A stretch of 64,000 nt of DNA from contig DASUIH010000049.1 of NCBI GenBank assembly GCA_036279855.1, positions 11,517 through 75,516 on the forward strand, read 5' to 3'. Below, one piece after another: positions 20,961-30,635 of this stretch. Position numbers and translations under genes: made by a program. A model generated the notes under the pieces. That model was given only the letters and a program-made list of their open reading frames with translations. It did no database searches and was not told the origin of the DNA. The DNA is from Solirubrobacteraceae bacterium (GTDB lineage: Bacteria; Actinomycetota; Thermoleophilia; Solirubrobacterales; Solirubrobacteraceae). Position 1 is the stretch's first letter; the number at the start of each line of letters is the position of its first letter.

Positions 20961-22178
20961 GTGAGCGTGCGTGAGGTCGACTACCTGCTGGTCGGTGGCG
21001 GGCTGGCTTGCGCCAACTGCGCGCGCTGGCTGCGCGAGTCCGGCGCGGAGGGGGAGATCCTGCTTGTCGGCCGCGAGCCCGATGCCCCCTACAATCGCCC
21101 GGATTGCTCCAAGGGCTATCTGCGAGGGGAGGAGTCGCGCGAGCAGCCGCTGTTTCGCCCTGCCGACTTCTGGGAGGAGCAGCGGATCGAGTTGCTGACG
21201 CGTACCAGTGTGACCGCGCTCGATGCGCAGGCGCGCACGGCCAAGCTCTCAAACAAGCAAGAGGTCTCGTTCGAGAAGGCTTTGCTTGCCACCGGCGCCA
21301 ACGTGAGGCGGCTGAACGTGCCCGGCTGCGAGCTTGAGCAGATCCACTATCTACGCACGCTCGGCAACTCCGACGCGATCCGCGAGGGGGTCGCCGACGC
21401 CGAGCGCGTCGTGCTGATCGGCGGCTCCTACATCGGCTGCGAGGTGGCGGCCTCGCTAACGATGATGGGCAAGCAGGCCACGATCGTGATGCAGGAGGAC
21501 GTGACGCTCGAACGCGGCTTCGGCAAGGACGCCGGCCGCTTCTTCCAAGGTTTGCTCGAACAGCACGGCGTCACGATCCACGGCAAAGACGGCCTCGATC
21601 GCTTTGAGGGCGAGGGCCGTGTCGGCAAGGTCGTGACTACAAGCGGCCTGGAGCTTCCCGCCGAAGCGGTTGTGATCGGCGCTGGAGTCACGCCCGACGT
21701 TGCGCTGGCCCAGCGCGCCGGGCTGCAGATCGGCGAAAGGGGGGGTGTGCTCACTTCTTCGCGTCTGCAGACTTCGGCCCCCGGCGTCTACGCCGCCGGT
21801 GACATCGCCGAGTACGACTCGCCGCTGCACGACGGGCACGTGCGCATCGAGCATTGGGACGTCGCCTTCAACCACGGCAAGACCGCCGCGCTGAACATGC
21901 TCGGGCGCGACGTGCCGCATGAAGTGGTTCCCTACTTCTACTCGGTGCTCGCCGATTGGGGTGAGCTGGAGTACGTGGGGCCGGCATACGGATGGGATCA
22001 GGAGATAGTGCGCGGCTCCTATGACAGCGGCGAGTTCACGACTTGGTACCTCAAGGACAACGCCGTCAAGGCGGCGCTCACGTTCGGTCGCTCCGACGAC
22101 CTCGATCGCGCCCGTGAGTTGATCGCGTGCAAGGGCCCGCTCAGCGAGGACGAGCGGGCCGGCCTCGCCCGGGTATAG
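20961..22178 (+). CDS. FAD-dependent pyridine nucleotide-disulfide oxidoreductase (ferredoxin reductase-like)
   Basis: LVGGGLA, PYNRP, LIGGSYIGCEVA, TSAPGVYAAGD, RIEHW. Confidence 0.92.
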   Translation: MSVREVDYLLVGGGLACANCARWLRESGAEGEILLVGREPDAPYNRPDCSKGYLRGEESREQPLFRPADFWEEQRIELLTRTSVTALDAQARTAKLSNKQEVSFEKALLATGANVRRLNVPGCELEQIHYLRTLGNSDAIREGVADAERVVLIGGSYIGCEVAASLTMMGKQATIVMQEDVTLERGFGKDAGRFFQGLLEQHGVTIHGKDGLDRFEGEGRVGKVVTTSGLELPAEAVVIGAGVTPDVALAQRAGLQIGERGGVLTSSRLQTSAPGVYAAGDIAEYDSPLHDGHVRIEHWDVAFNHGKTAALNMLGRDVPHEVVPYFYSVLADWGELEYVGPAYGWDQEIVRGSYDSGEFTTWYLKDNAVKAALTFGRSDDLDRARELIACKGPLSEDERAGLARV

Positions 22179-22189
22179 GATTCCCTCCG

Positions 22190-22370
22190 TCCATAACGGT
22201 CGGTGGCGAAGGGAAGCCGGTGTGATTCCGGCGCGGACCCGCCACTGTGACCGGGGATGCCAACCGCGGCGCGCGAAGTCAGGCGCGCAGCCACTGGCGC
22301 CGTCATAAGGCGGGCCGGGAAGGCGCGGAGGGTAGGCCCGGGAGCCAGGAGACCTGCCTCCGACCGCAAG
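22190..22370 (+). ncRNA. Cobalamin (B12) riboswitch
   Basis: AGGGAAgCCGGTGtgATTCCGG..CCCGCCACTGTGA, second GCCACTG, GGGAAGG, GAGCCAGGAGACCTGCC; P1 GGTCGG (22198)/CCGACC (22360); precedes an ECF operon. Confidence 0.95.
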
Positions 22371-22405
22371 CCCACAAGCCCTCGTGGAAAGGGGTGGCTC
22401 ACAAC

Positions 22406-23164
22406 ATGAAGCACTCACGCATCATCACCGCTGCCGGCGCGTTCGCCACGGCAGCGCTCTCGCTGGCACTGCTCCCGGCCTTCACGGCCGTCTCGGCGGC
22501 CGCGCCAACGCTGCACAGCAAAGGGACCGAGGTCAACGTCCGCGTCGAGGGGATCGCCAAGACGCTGCTCCCCGAAACGAACGTGTTGGTGCGGAGCCGA
22601 TCGATCGACAAGGACGGCAAGCCCGCGGACTCCTGCACGGGCCTCACGGCCGCGGCCGCGCTGGAATATGCGACCAAAGGCAGCTGGACCGCCGGCAGCT
22701 TCTCCGCCGGCCTCGGCTATCCCGTGATCGCGATCCTTGGCGAGTCCTACCCGTTCACCTCCAGCTACTACTGGTCGTTCTGGATCGACGGCAAGCCCGC
22801 CACGACGGGCATCTGCGGCGCGACGCTGCACGCCAAAGATCGGTTGCTGTTCTTCCCACAGTGCTCGCAGGAAAGCGCGTCGGCCTGCCCGCAGGGCATG
22901 TTCGACCCACCGGTGCTCGACCTGAAGGGAACCGCGCGCGTACGGATCGGACATCCGCTCAACCTGAGCGTGCTCTCGCTTGCCAACTTCACCGGCAAGT
23001 CAACGCCGGCGGCCGGCGTGAAGGTAAGTGGTGGTGGCAAGAGCGCCACGACCAGCAGCTCGGGCAAGGCGAAGCTGACGTTCGCGAAAGCCGGCACGTA
23101 CAAGCTGCTCGCGAGCCAGGCCGGCTCGGTACGCGATGAGCTGACGGTGAAGGTGACCCGCTAG
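22406..23164 (+). CDS. Secreted DUF4430-like protein with C-terminal Ig-like domain
   Basis: Signal peptide; YYWSFWIDGKPATTGICGATLHAKDRLLF resembles the DUF4430 W..Y.NG..A..G motif; first gene after the riboswitch. Confidence 0.7.
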   Translation: MKHSRIITAAGAFATAALSLALLPAFTAVSAAAPTLHSKGTEVNVRVEGIAKTLLPETNVLVRSRSIDKDGKPADSCTGLTAAAALEYATKGSWTAGSFSAGLGYPVIAILGESYPFTSSYYWSFWIDGKPATTGICGATLHAKDRLLFFPQCSQESASACPQGMFDPPVLDLKGTARVRIGHPLNLSVLSLANFTGKSTPAAGVKVSGGGKSATTSSSGKAKLTFAKAGTYKLLASQAGSVRDELTVKVTR

Positions 23165-23186
23165 CCGGCGCACACGAGTAGCGACG

Positions 23187-24170
23187 ATGACCCCTTGGCG
23201 TCTCCCCGCCCCCCTTGCCGCCGTGGCTGCGCTGTGCGCGCTGGCCGGCTGTGGGTTGGGGGCGGGGAACACGCCCAAAGGAGTGCAGCTGACCGTCACG
23301 CGCGACTTCGGCGCTCGCGTGCTGCTGCGGAAGGGGGCTCCGCGCGCGGTTGGCGAAGAGACCGTGATGAGCCTGCTGCGCCGCAATGCTGCCGTCAGCA
23401 CTCGCTTCGGCGGCGGCTTCGTGCAGAGCATTGACGGTGTTCAAGGAGGCAGCGAAGGCGGCGATCAGGTCGACTGGTTCTACTACGTCAATGGCGTGGA
23501 GGCGACCAAGGGCGCGGCCGCCACGGTCGTGCATCCCGGCGATCGCGTCTGGTGGGACCGCCACGACTGGTCGCAGACCGACAATGTGCCGGCCGTCATC
23601 GGCTCGTTTCCGCAGCCGCTGCTAAGCGGCTATGAAGGCAAGCGTGTGCCCGTGCGGGTGGAATGCGTCGAAGTTGAATCGACCTCCTGTCAGGGCGTGC
23701 TCGACCGGCTGCGCTCGCTCGGGGTGCTTGCCGCTGTGGCCTCCGTGTCCGGTGGCGACGAGCCGTACACGCTGCGGGTGCTGGTCGGCCAGCTGTCGCA
23801 GCTGGCTGCCGACCCCGGCGTTCACCAGATCGAAGCCGGGCCACGCTACAGCGGCGTGTACGCCCGCTTCGGCGCCGGCGCCAAGGCGCTGCAGCTGCTC
23901 GACGGCAAAGGGCAGACCGTGCTCACGCTGGGAGCGCGCTCGGGGCTGTTGGCTGCCACCCGCTACCGCGAAGAGGCTCCCGTTTGGGTCGTGAGCGGCA
24001 CCGACGAAGCCGGCGTGGAGCGCGCGGCCGGTGCGCTCAGCGAAACCGCGCTGCGTGATCGCTTCGCGATCGCCCTGCCGGAAACGGGGGGGCCGATCGG
24101 GCTGCCCGTGCCCGAGCCGGTGGCCCGCACGGCGGTCCCGCCCGCCGGCGCCGCCAATTCCAAGCCCTAG
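23187..24170 (+). CDS. DUF4430-domain lipoprotein, putative B12 binding
   Basis: Lipobox LAGC; FGGGFVQSIDG..DWFYYVNGVEATKGAA..V.PGDRVWW. Confidence 0.8.
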   Translation: MTPWRLPAPLAAVAALCALAGCGLGAGNTPKGVQLTVTRDFGARVLLRKGAPRAVGEETVMSLLRRNAAVSTRFGGGFVQSIDGVQGGSEGGDQVDWFYYVNGVEATKGAAATVVHPGDRVWWDRHDWSQTDNVPAVIGSFPQPLLSGYEGKRVPVRVECVEVESTSCQGVLDRLRSLGVLAAVASVSGGDEPYTLRVLVGQLSQLAADPGVHQIEAGPRYSGVYARFGAGAKALQLLDGKGQTVLTLGARSGLLAATRYREEAPVWVVSGTDEAGVERAAGALSETALRDRFAIALPETGGPIGLPVPEPVARTAVPPAGAANSKP

Positions 24171-24177
24171 CGAAGCG

Positions 24178-25092
24178 ATGAGCGTGCGCACGAGCCTGTT
24201 CGTCTATCGCCGCCACGCGACGCCGCTGCATGCCGCTCGCGCCGGCGTGGGAGCGGCCTGGTGCCTGGCGCTGGTGCCGGCGGCCTTGGCCAACGACAGC
24301 CCGATCGTGCTCACGGCGGTGCTCGCCACGGTCCTCACCGCCGGCGTGCTCGCCGGCGTCGGCTGGGAGCTGTGGCGCTCGCTGCGCGTGGCGGCGATCG
24401 TGGCGGTGCCGATCGTCGCGGTCAACGTGCTTGTCTCGCGCCAAGGGCTGACCGTGTTCGCGCGGCTCGGCGACCTCGGCCCGTTTGGCCAGGGGGACCT
24501 GACCGTCGAGGCGCTCGTGTACGGCGCGAGCATCGCGCTGAAGGTGACGATCTTGATGCTGGCCACGACGATTGCCAGCCTCGCGGTCGACCCCGACGAG
24601 CTGCTGCGCGGAGCGCGCAGGCTGTCGTTTCGCTCGGCGTTGACGGTCTCGCTTGCCACGCGCATGCTGCCGGTGCTCGCCGGCGACGCACGCCGGCTGG
24701 CCGACGCACAGCGCACGCGACCAACCACTGAGGCGGACGGCGACAGTCGCGCCGGTCGTGCCCGCCGGCGCACACGGCTGATCGGCGCTGTCGTCGCATC
24801 TTCGCTGGACCGCGCGTTGGACGTCGCCGCGACGCTTGAGCTGCGCGGCTTTGCGCACGGGCGCCGTGCCCCACGACGACATCGAGTGCTCTCTCGCCAC
24901 GACGTCGCCTTCGCCGTCTCGGCCGTAGCACTGCTGATGTTGACGCTCGCGGGCAAGCTGAGTGATTTCGCACCGTTTCATACATACCCGGAAGTGCGCT
25001 CTGGTCCGGTGCTTCCCGCCTGCGCCTTGGCGGCAGCGCTGGCGCTGGTCGCTTTGCTGCCGTTTGCCGACCGCCGCGGGATCGCACCGTGA
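24178..25092 (+). CDS. ecfT: ECF transporter transmembrane T component
   Basis: TM bundle, AQRTR and ATLELRGF Ala-Arg-Gly-type motifs. Confidence 0.85.
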   Translation: MSVRTSLFVYRRHATPLHAARAGVGAAWCLALVPAALANDSPIVLTAVLATVLTAGVLAGVGWELWRSLRVAAIVAVPIVAVNVLVSRQGLTVFARLGDLGPFGQGDLTVEALVYGASIALKVTILMLATTIASLAVDPDELLRGARRLSFRSALTVSLATRMLPVLAGDARRLADAQRTRPTTEADGDSRAGRARRRTRLIGAVVASSLDRALDVAATLELRGFAHGRRAPRRHRVLSRHDVAFAVSAVALLMLTLAGKLSDFAPFHTYPEVRSGPVLPACALAAALALVALLPFADRRGIAP

Positions 25093-26717
25093 GCGCGCTC
25101 TGCTTTGAACGTGTCACCTACACCTATCCGAACGCGGAGCGCCCCGCGCTGCGCGACGTGACGCTGACGATCGAGCCGGGCGAGCTATGCGTGCTGGCGG
25201 GCCTCTCCGGCCATGGCAAGTCGACGCTGCTGCGTGTCGCCTGTGGGCTTGCCCCTCACTTCCACGGCGGCGTCTTTGCCGGCCGCGCCAGCGTGCAGGG
25301 CCGCGACACCCGCGAGTACCCGCCGGCGCGGCTGGGGGAGCTGACCGGGGTGCTGTTCCAGGATCCCGAGACCCAACTGGTGATGGGCTCGGTCCGGGCC
25401 GAGCTTGAGCTGCCGCTGGAAAGCCGCGGCGAGAGCGCCGCCGCGGTCGCGCGCGGCGTCGAGGAGGTGGCGCTCGCGCTCGGGGTCGATCATCTGCTCG
25501 AACGCTCCACACACGAGCTCTCCGGCGGCGAGCAGCAGCGCGTCGCGCTGGCCGCCGCGCTGGCCGGGCAGCCCTCGTTGGTGTTGCTGGACGAGCCGAC
25601 CTCGCAGCTCGACCCGGTCGCCGGAGACGAGCTGATCGGGTTGCTGCGGCGGCTCAACCAGGAGTGGGACACGACAATCCTGCTGTGCGAGCATCGCTTG
25701 GAGCGCTGCCTGAGCGCGGCGGATCGCGTGATCGCCATGCACGATGGCGCGCTCGCGCACGACGGCGCCCCGGCCGCCTTTCTGGCCTGGGCCGAGCGCG
25801 AGGCGCCGGCGCTGCTCACGCCCGGCGCCAAGCTGTTCTCGCTGGCCGGGCTGCAGCCGCCGCCGGTGGGCGTCAAGCAGGCGCGCGCGCGCCTGCGTGA
25901 ACGTGAGCTGCTGCCAAAGGTGGTGGAGCCGCAAGGCCAAGCCGAGATGCGAGTGGACCATGCGCCGCGCCGAAAAAGGGGTCGTTTTTGGGGGAGGGGG
26001 AGTGGGGCGCCCGTGGAAGTGCACGGGGTTTGGTTTGAGATGCCGCGCGGGCCGGCTGTCCTTCGCGGTGTGGATCTGTCGCTGCAGCCGGGCGAAGCCG
26101 TCGCCCTGATGGGGCGAAACGGCGCCGGCAAGTCGACGCTGCTGCGCCATATGGCTGGGCTGTTGGCTCCGACCCGGGGATCTGTCAAGAGTGCTGGTCG
26201 AGTCGCGCTGCTGCTGCAGAATCCTGGCGACTACTTTCTGCACGAGCGGGTCGACCAGGAGCTCTCAGCGGCCGCGCTGCGCAGCGCCGGACTGGAGCCA
26301 TTTGCGCAGCGCAACCCGCGCGACCTATCCGGCGGCGAGCGCCAACGTCTGGCACTCGCGATCGTCTGCGGGGAGGGCGAGCCGCCGGCGGCGCTGGCGC
26401 TCGACGAGCCGACGCGTGGCATGGACCGTGAGGCCAAGGCCATACTCGGCGCCGAGCTTCGCCGTCGGGCTGAGGAAGGGCAGGCGGTGGTCGTCGCCAC
26501 TCACGATCCCGAGTTCGCGGCCGGCTTTGCCGAGCGTGCGCTGTTGCTGGCCGATGGGCGAATAGTCGCCGACGGCACCGCCGCCGAGTTGCTCAGCGGC
26601 GGCTGGTACTTCGCCACCGAGACGGCGCGCATCCTGGGCGGCGCCGACGGAGCGTTGTTGCCCGAGCAGGGGGCTCGGCTGTTGCGCGCGCCGGGGCTCG
26701 TGGAGGCACAGGCATGA
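25089..26717 (+). CDS. ECF transporter duplicated ATPase (A-A' fusion)
   Basis: Two Walker A (GLSGHGKST, GRNGAGKST), two LSGGE signatures, LDEPT twice. Confidence 0.92.
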   Translation: MSALCFERVTYTYPNAERPALRDVTLTIEPGELCVLAGLSGHGKSTLLRVACGLAPHFHGGVFAGRASVQGRDTREYPPARLGELTGVLFQDPETQLVMGSVRAELELPLESRGESAAAVARGVEEVALALGVDHLLERSTHELSGGEQQRVALAAALAGQPSLVLLDEPTSQLDPVAGDELIGLLRRLNQEWDTTILLCEHRLERCLSAADRVIAMHDGALAHDGAPAAFLAWAEREAPALLTPGAKLFSLAGLQPPPVGVKQARARLRERELLPKVVEPQGQAEMRVDHAPRRKRGRFWGRGSGAPVEVHGVWFEMPRGPAVLRGVDLSLQPGEAVALMGRNGAGKSTLLRHMAGLLAPTRGSVKSAGRVALLLQNPGDYFLHERVDQELSAAALRSAGLEPFAQRNPRDLSGGERQRLALAIVCGEGEPPAALALDEPTRGMDREAKAILGAELRRRAEEGQAVVVATHDPEFAAGFAERALLLADGRIVADGTAAELLSGGWYFATETARILGGADGALLPEQGARLLRAPGLVEAQA

Positions 26718-28420
26718 GTTGGCCGATTGCTTCGTCTGCGATCGTGCTGGCAATCCTGTTGGTGGGCTGGCTAGCCTACGAGCGCTCGCGGCCCACAGCG
26801 CGGATGGCCGCGGTCGTCGGCACGCTCGCGGCGGTAGCGGCGCTCGGGCGCGACGCGTTCGTGGCTGTGCCCGACGTCAAGCCGATAACCGCGATCGCCC
26901 TGGTCGTCGGCTACGCGCTCGGGCCGCTGCCCGGCTTCACGGTCGGCGCGGTTGGGATGCTCGCCTCCAACGTGATGCTCGGCCAGGGCTCCTACACGCC
27001 ATGGCAGATGGCGGCCTGGGGCTTGGTCGGCCTGATCGGCGCCGGTTTGGCCGCCCTCGGCGGCCGGCGAGCCGGCCGGCTCACGATCGCGCTGGCCTGC
27101 GCGGTCGGGGCGCTGCTGGCCAAGGAGATCATGAACGTGTACACATGGACGTTGTCAGGCACGCACACGCCGGCGGGACTGCTGGCGATCGCTGTTGCCG
27201 CGCTGTCGTTTGACCTCACCGATGTCATCGCAAGCTTTCTGTTCGGGTTGGCGTTCGGTCCCGAGCTGGCGCGGCTGCTCGCGCGCGTGCGCGCGCGAAT
27301 GACTGTCAGCTGGCAAACGGCAACGCCGTTCGTGCTGCTGTTGGCGCTCGTGGCTGTGCTCGTGCCGCGCGCGCAAGCGGCCAGCTCGACCGGCACCGTG
27401 AGTGGCGGCGTTGCCTACCTGCGCGACGCTCAGAACGCCGATGGCGGCTTCGGGGCAGAGCCCGGGCAGCGCAGCAGCGAGCTGTTCTCGGCATGGGCGG
27501 CGATCGGCCTGGCCGCGGCCGGACAGGATCCTGTCGCGTTGCGCGGCGGCGGGTCGAGCGTGCTCGACTCGATTCGCGCTGAAGCCGGCACGCTGCAAGG
27601 TGCCGGCGACCTTGAGCGAACGATCCTTGCCCTACGCGCCTGTGGCGCCTCCGCGCGGTCGCTGCCCGGTGGCGATCCTGTAGCGCGCCTGCTTGGCTAC
27701 CGCGCGGGCGATGGCTCGTTCGGGCGGCTGGTGAACCTGACGGCGTTCGCGATCCTGGCGCTGCGCGCCGCCGGCGAGTCGGCGGGCTCGACCGCTGTCA
27801 ACGGTGCCGCGCGCTGGCTTGCCCACCAGCAGAACCCTGACGGCGGCTTCGGCTACGCGGCGCGCGGGACCGCCTCCGACGTGGACGACACCGGTGCGGC
27901 GCTGCAGGCGGTGGTTGCCGCCAGCGTGCCTGACGGGCCTGTCGTCTCCAGCGCCGTCGGCTATCTCCAACACGCCCAGAACAGCGACGGAGGCTACCCG
28001 CAGGAACGCGGTGGGCTTTCAAACGCGCAGTCCACGGCGTGGGCGGCGCAGGGGCTGATCGCCGCTGGGCGCAATCCCAGCAGCGTTCGCCGTGGTGGAC
28101 GCTCGCCGCTTGACTACCTGCGCTCGCTGGCGGCAGCGAACGGCAGCGTGCGCTATTCGGCTGAAAGCGCGCAGACCCCGGTGTGGGTGACCGGCGAGGC
28201 GTTGGCTGCGTTGGCCGGCAAGCCATTGCCGGTGGCGCCGGCAGCCGCGGCCGTCGCGGCGGCGCCCGTCTCTCGCGCTTTGGCTCATCGCGCGCACACG
28301 CCCCATCGGCGCTCGCAACGATCGGCGGTCAAGGCCGGGAGGGCATTCGCGCGCGTGGACGCGCTTGCCCGCGGCGCCGGCGTGCTGATCGCGATCGTGC
28401 TGTACCCGGCGCTGCGCTGA
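26714..28420 (+). CDS. ECF S component (CbrT-like) fused to an extracellular prenyltransferase/squalene-oxidase-repeat domain
   Basis: N-terminal PDVKP..GP..GF.VG..SN..LGQG.YTPWQM; repeats YL..AQNxDGGFG; C-terminal TM. Confidence 0.85.
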   Translation: MSWPIASSAIVLAILLVGWLAYERSRPTARMAAVVGTLAAVAALGRDAFVAVPDVKPITAIALVVGYALGPLPGFTVGAVGMLASNVMLGQGSYTPWQMAAWGLVGLIGAGLAALGGRRAGRLTIALACAVGALLAKEIMNVYTWTLSGTHTPAGLLAIAVAALSFDLTDVIASFLFGLAFGPELARLLARVRARMTVSWQTATPFVLLLALVAVLVPRAQAASSTGTVSGGVAYLRDAQNADGGFGAEPGQRSSELFSAWAAIGLAAAGQDPVALRGGGSSVLDSIRAEAGTLQGAGDLERTILALRACGASARSLPGGDPVARLLGYRAGDGSFGRLVNLTAFAILALRAAGESAGSTAVNGAARWLAHQQNPDGGFGYAARGTASDVDDTGAALQAVVAASVPDGPVVSSAVGYLQHAQNSDGGYPQERGGLSNAQSTAWAAQGLIAAGRNPSSVRRGGRSPLDYLRSLAAANGSVRYSAESAQTPVWVTGEALAALAGKPLPVAPAAAAVAAAPVSRALAHRAHTPHRRSQRSAVKAGRAFARVDALARGAGVLIAIVLYPALR

Positions 28421-28429
28421 GAGCGTTTC

Positions 28430-29044
28430 TCAGCTGCTCGCGGCCGAGTGCCCGGCGCCGTGCTCGCCCGGCGCCCACAGCGCCTCTGAATGCTCGCCAC
28501 CCGCCTCACCGGCAGCGCGGGCGAGGATGAACAGCATGTCCGACAGGCGGTTCAGATAGCGCACGACCTCGGGATTGCCGTCCTGCACCGCCAGCGCGCG
28601 TCGCTCGGCACGGCGGCAGACGGTGCGACAGATGTGCAGCTGGGCCACCGCCGGCGTCCCGCCCGGGATCACGAACGAGCGCAGTGGCGCGAGCGTCGCG
28701 TTGACCTCGTCGCAGACTTGCTCCAGCCAGCCGGCGTAATCGGCGTTGACGCGCAGACGGGCCTGTCCCTTGGCGGTCGCGTCGTCCTGCTCGTCGGACG
28801 GTGGCGGCACCGACAGGTCCGCGCCGACGTCGAGCAGGTCGTTCTGCACGCGCCCGAGCCAGCCGCCGAAGCGCTCGGGCAGCCCCGGCTGGGCGAGCGC
28901 GACGCCGATCGTCGCGTTCAGCTCATCCACGGTCCCGTACGCCTCTACGCGCGGGTGCAGCTTGGAGACGCGGCTCATGTCTCCGAGATGGGTCTCGCCG
29001 CTGTCGCCGAGCTTGGTGTAGATGCGAGTCAGGTTGACGGTCAC
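28430..29044 (-). CDS. pduO: PduO-type cob(I)alamin adenosyltransferase
   Basis: RIYTKLGDSGET, VEAYGTVDELN, CRTVCRRAERR, YLNRLSD; start set at GTG 29044. Confidence 0.95.
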   Translation of the reverse strand: MTVNLTRIYTKLGDSGETHLGDMSRVSKLHPRVEAYGTVDELNATIGVALAQPGLPERFGGWLGRVQNDLLDVGADLSVPPPSDEQDDATAKGQARLRVNADYAGWLEQVCDEVNATLAPLRSFVIPGGTPAVAQLHICRTVCRRAERRALAVQDGNPEVVRYLNRLSDMLFILARAAGEAGGEHSEALWAPGEHGAGHSAASS

Positions 29045-29133
29045 GCCCCATCGAGTGTCGCACACCGCCCAGGCGGGTCGCCTAAGGGGGAGACTGCGCG
29101 CCGTCCCCGCGATCGGATACTTTCCCGCCCTTC

Positions 29134-30288
29134 ATGCAGGTTGGAGTCCCGAAGGAGACAGCCGAGGGCGAGCAGCGCGTGGCGCTGGTGCCGGAGGTGG
29201 TCGGCAAGCTGAAGGCCAAGGGCCTTGACGTCGTCGTGCAGAGCGGCGCGGGCGAGGCTGCGCTGTTGCCGGACTCCGCCTTCGAGCAGGCCGGCGCGCG
29301 CATGAGCGCCGACGCCGGCGAGGTTTGGCGCTCGGACGTGGTCGTGAAGATCTCGCCACCGAGCGAGAGCGAGGTCGGCATGCTTGGCTCCGGCTCGATC
29401 TTGATCGGGTTTCTGGCGCCATTGAGCAGCCCGCAGACCACGCGTGCGCTGGCCGCCGCCAAAGCGACTGCGTTCGCGATGGAGTCGATTCCGCGCATCT
29501 CGCGCGCCCAGTCGATGGACGCGCTCTCCAGTCAGAGCAACATCGCCGGCTACAAGGCGGCGCTGCTCGGCGCCGAGAACATGGGGCGCTTCTACCCGAT
29601 GCTGATGACCGCCGCGGGCACGATCCCGCCGGCCAAGGTGCTGGTGCTCGGGGCCGGCGTCGCCGGCCTGCAGGCGCTGGCAACCGCCAAGCGACTGGGG
29701 GCGCGCACGACCGGCTATGACGTGCGCCCGGAGGTGGCCGAGCAGGTGCAGTCGCTTGGCGCGCAGTGGCTCGACCTGGGTCTTGAGGCAAGCGGCGAGG
29801 GGGGGTATGCGCGCGAGTTGACCGATCAGGAGCGAGCCCAGCAGCAGCAGGCTCTCACCGACGCGATCAAGGGCTTTGACGTTGTCATCACGACCGCGCT
29901 CGTGCCCGGTCGGCCCGCCCCAAAGCTGGTCACGGCGGAGGCGGTCGAAGGGATGAAGCCCGGCTCGGTGATCGTCGACCTGGCAGGCGAGTCGGGCGGC
30001 AACTGCGAGCTGACCGAGCCTGGACAAACCGTCGTCAAGCACGACGTCAAGATCGTCTCCCCGTTGAACCTGCCGTCGAGCATGGCCGAGCACTCCTCGC
30101 AGTTGTTCGCGCGCAACGTGCAGGCGCTGCTCGACCTGCTTGTCACCAAAAAAGAGGACGGGGCGGATGGGGTTGCGGCCGAGCTGAAGCTCGACTTCGA
30201 CGACGAGATAGTCGCCGGTGCCTGCGTCGTGCGCGAGGGCGAGGTCGTCAACGCCGGCGCCAAGGCGGCAGTGGAGGCAAGCGCATGA
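29134..30288 (+). CDS. pntAA: NAD(P) transhydrogenase subunit alpha 1 (domain I)
   Basis: GVPKET, RISRAQSMDALSS, GAGVAGLQA, IVDLA..SGGNC. Confidence 0.96.
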   Translation: MQVGVPKETAEGEQRVALVPEVVGKLKAKGLDVVVQSGAGEAALLPDSAFEQAGARMSADAGEVWRSDVVVKISPPSESEVGMLGSGSILIGFLAPLSSPQTTRALAAAKATAFAMESIPRISRAQSMDALSSQSNIAGYKAALLGAENMGRFYPMLMTAAGTIPPAKVLVLGAGVAGLQALATAKRLGARTTGYDVRPEVAEQVQSLGAQWLDLGLEASGEGGYARELTDQERAQQQQALTDAIKGFDVVITTALVPGRPAPKLVTAEAVEGMKPGSVIVDLAGESGGNCELTEPGQTVVKHDVKIVSPLNLPSSMAEHSSQLFARNVQALLDLLVTKKEDGADGVAAELKLDFDDEIVAGACVVREGEVVNAGAKAAVEASA

Positions 30289-30635
30289 TCCTCGCGAGCG
30301 TTCTGACCACCAACCTGGCGATCCTGGTGCTCGCCGGCTTCATCGGCTTTGTCGTCATCTCCAAGGTGCCGAACACGCTGCACACCCCACTGATGAGCGG
30401 CACCAACGCGATCCACGGGATCGTGTTGCTTGGCGGCTTGATCCTGTTCGGCTTCGGCGACCTCGACGCTTTCAGCAAGGTGCTGCTCGTGATCGCGGTG
30501 GCGTTCGGGACGATCAACATAGTCGGCGGCTTCCTGGTGACCGATCGCATGCTCGACATGTTCAAGTCGCGCCCGAAGCCCAGGGCCTCCGAGCAGGACG
30601 GGCAGTCGGGCTCTGACGGGAAGGGCAATTCGTGA
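30285..30635 (+). CDS. pntAB: NAD(P) transhydrogenase subunit alpha 2 (membrane part)
   Basis: VPNTLHTPLMSGTNAIHG, NIVGGFLVTDRMLDMF. Confidence 0.96.
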   Translation: MILASVLTTNLAILVLAGFIGFVVISKVPNTLHTPLMSGTNAIHGIVLLGGLILFGFGDLDAFSKVLLVIAVAFGTINIVGGFLVTDRMLDMFKSRPKPRASEQDGQSGSDGKGNS

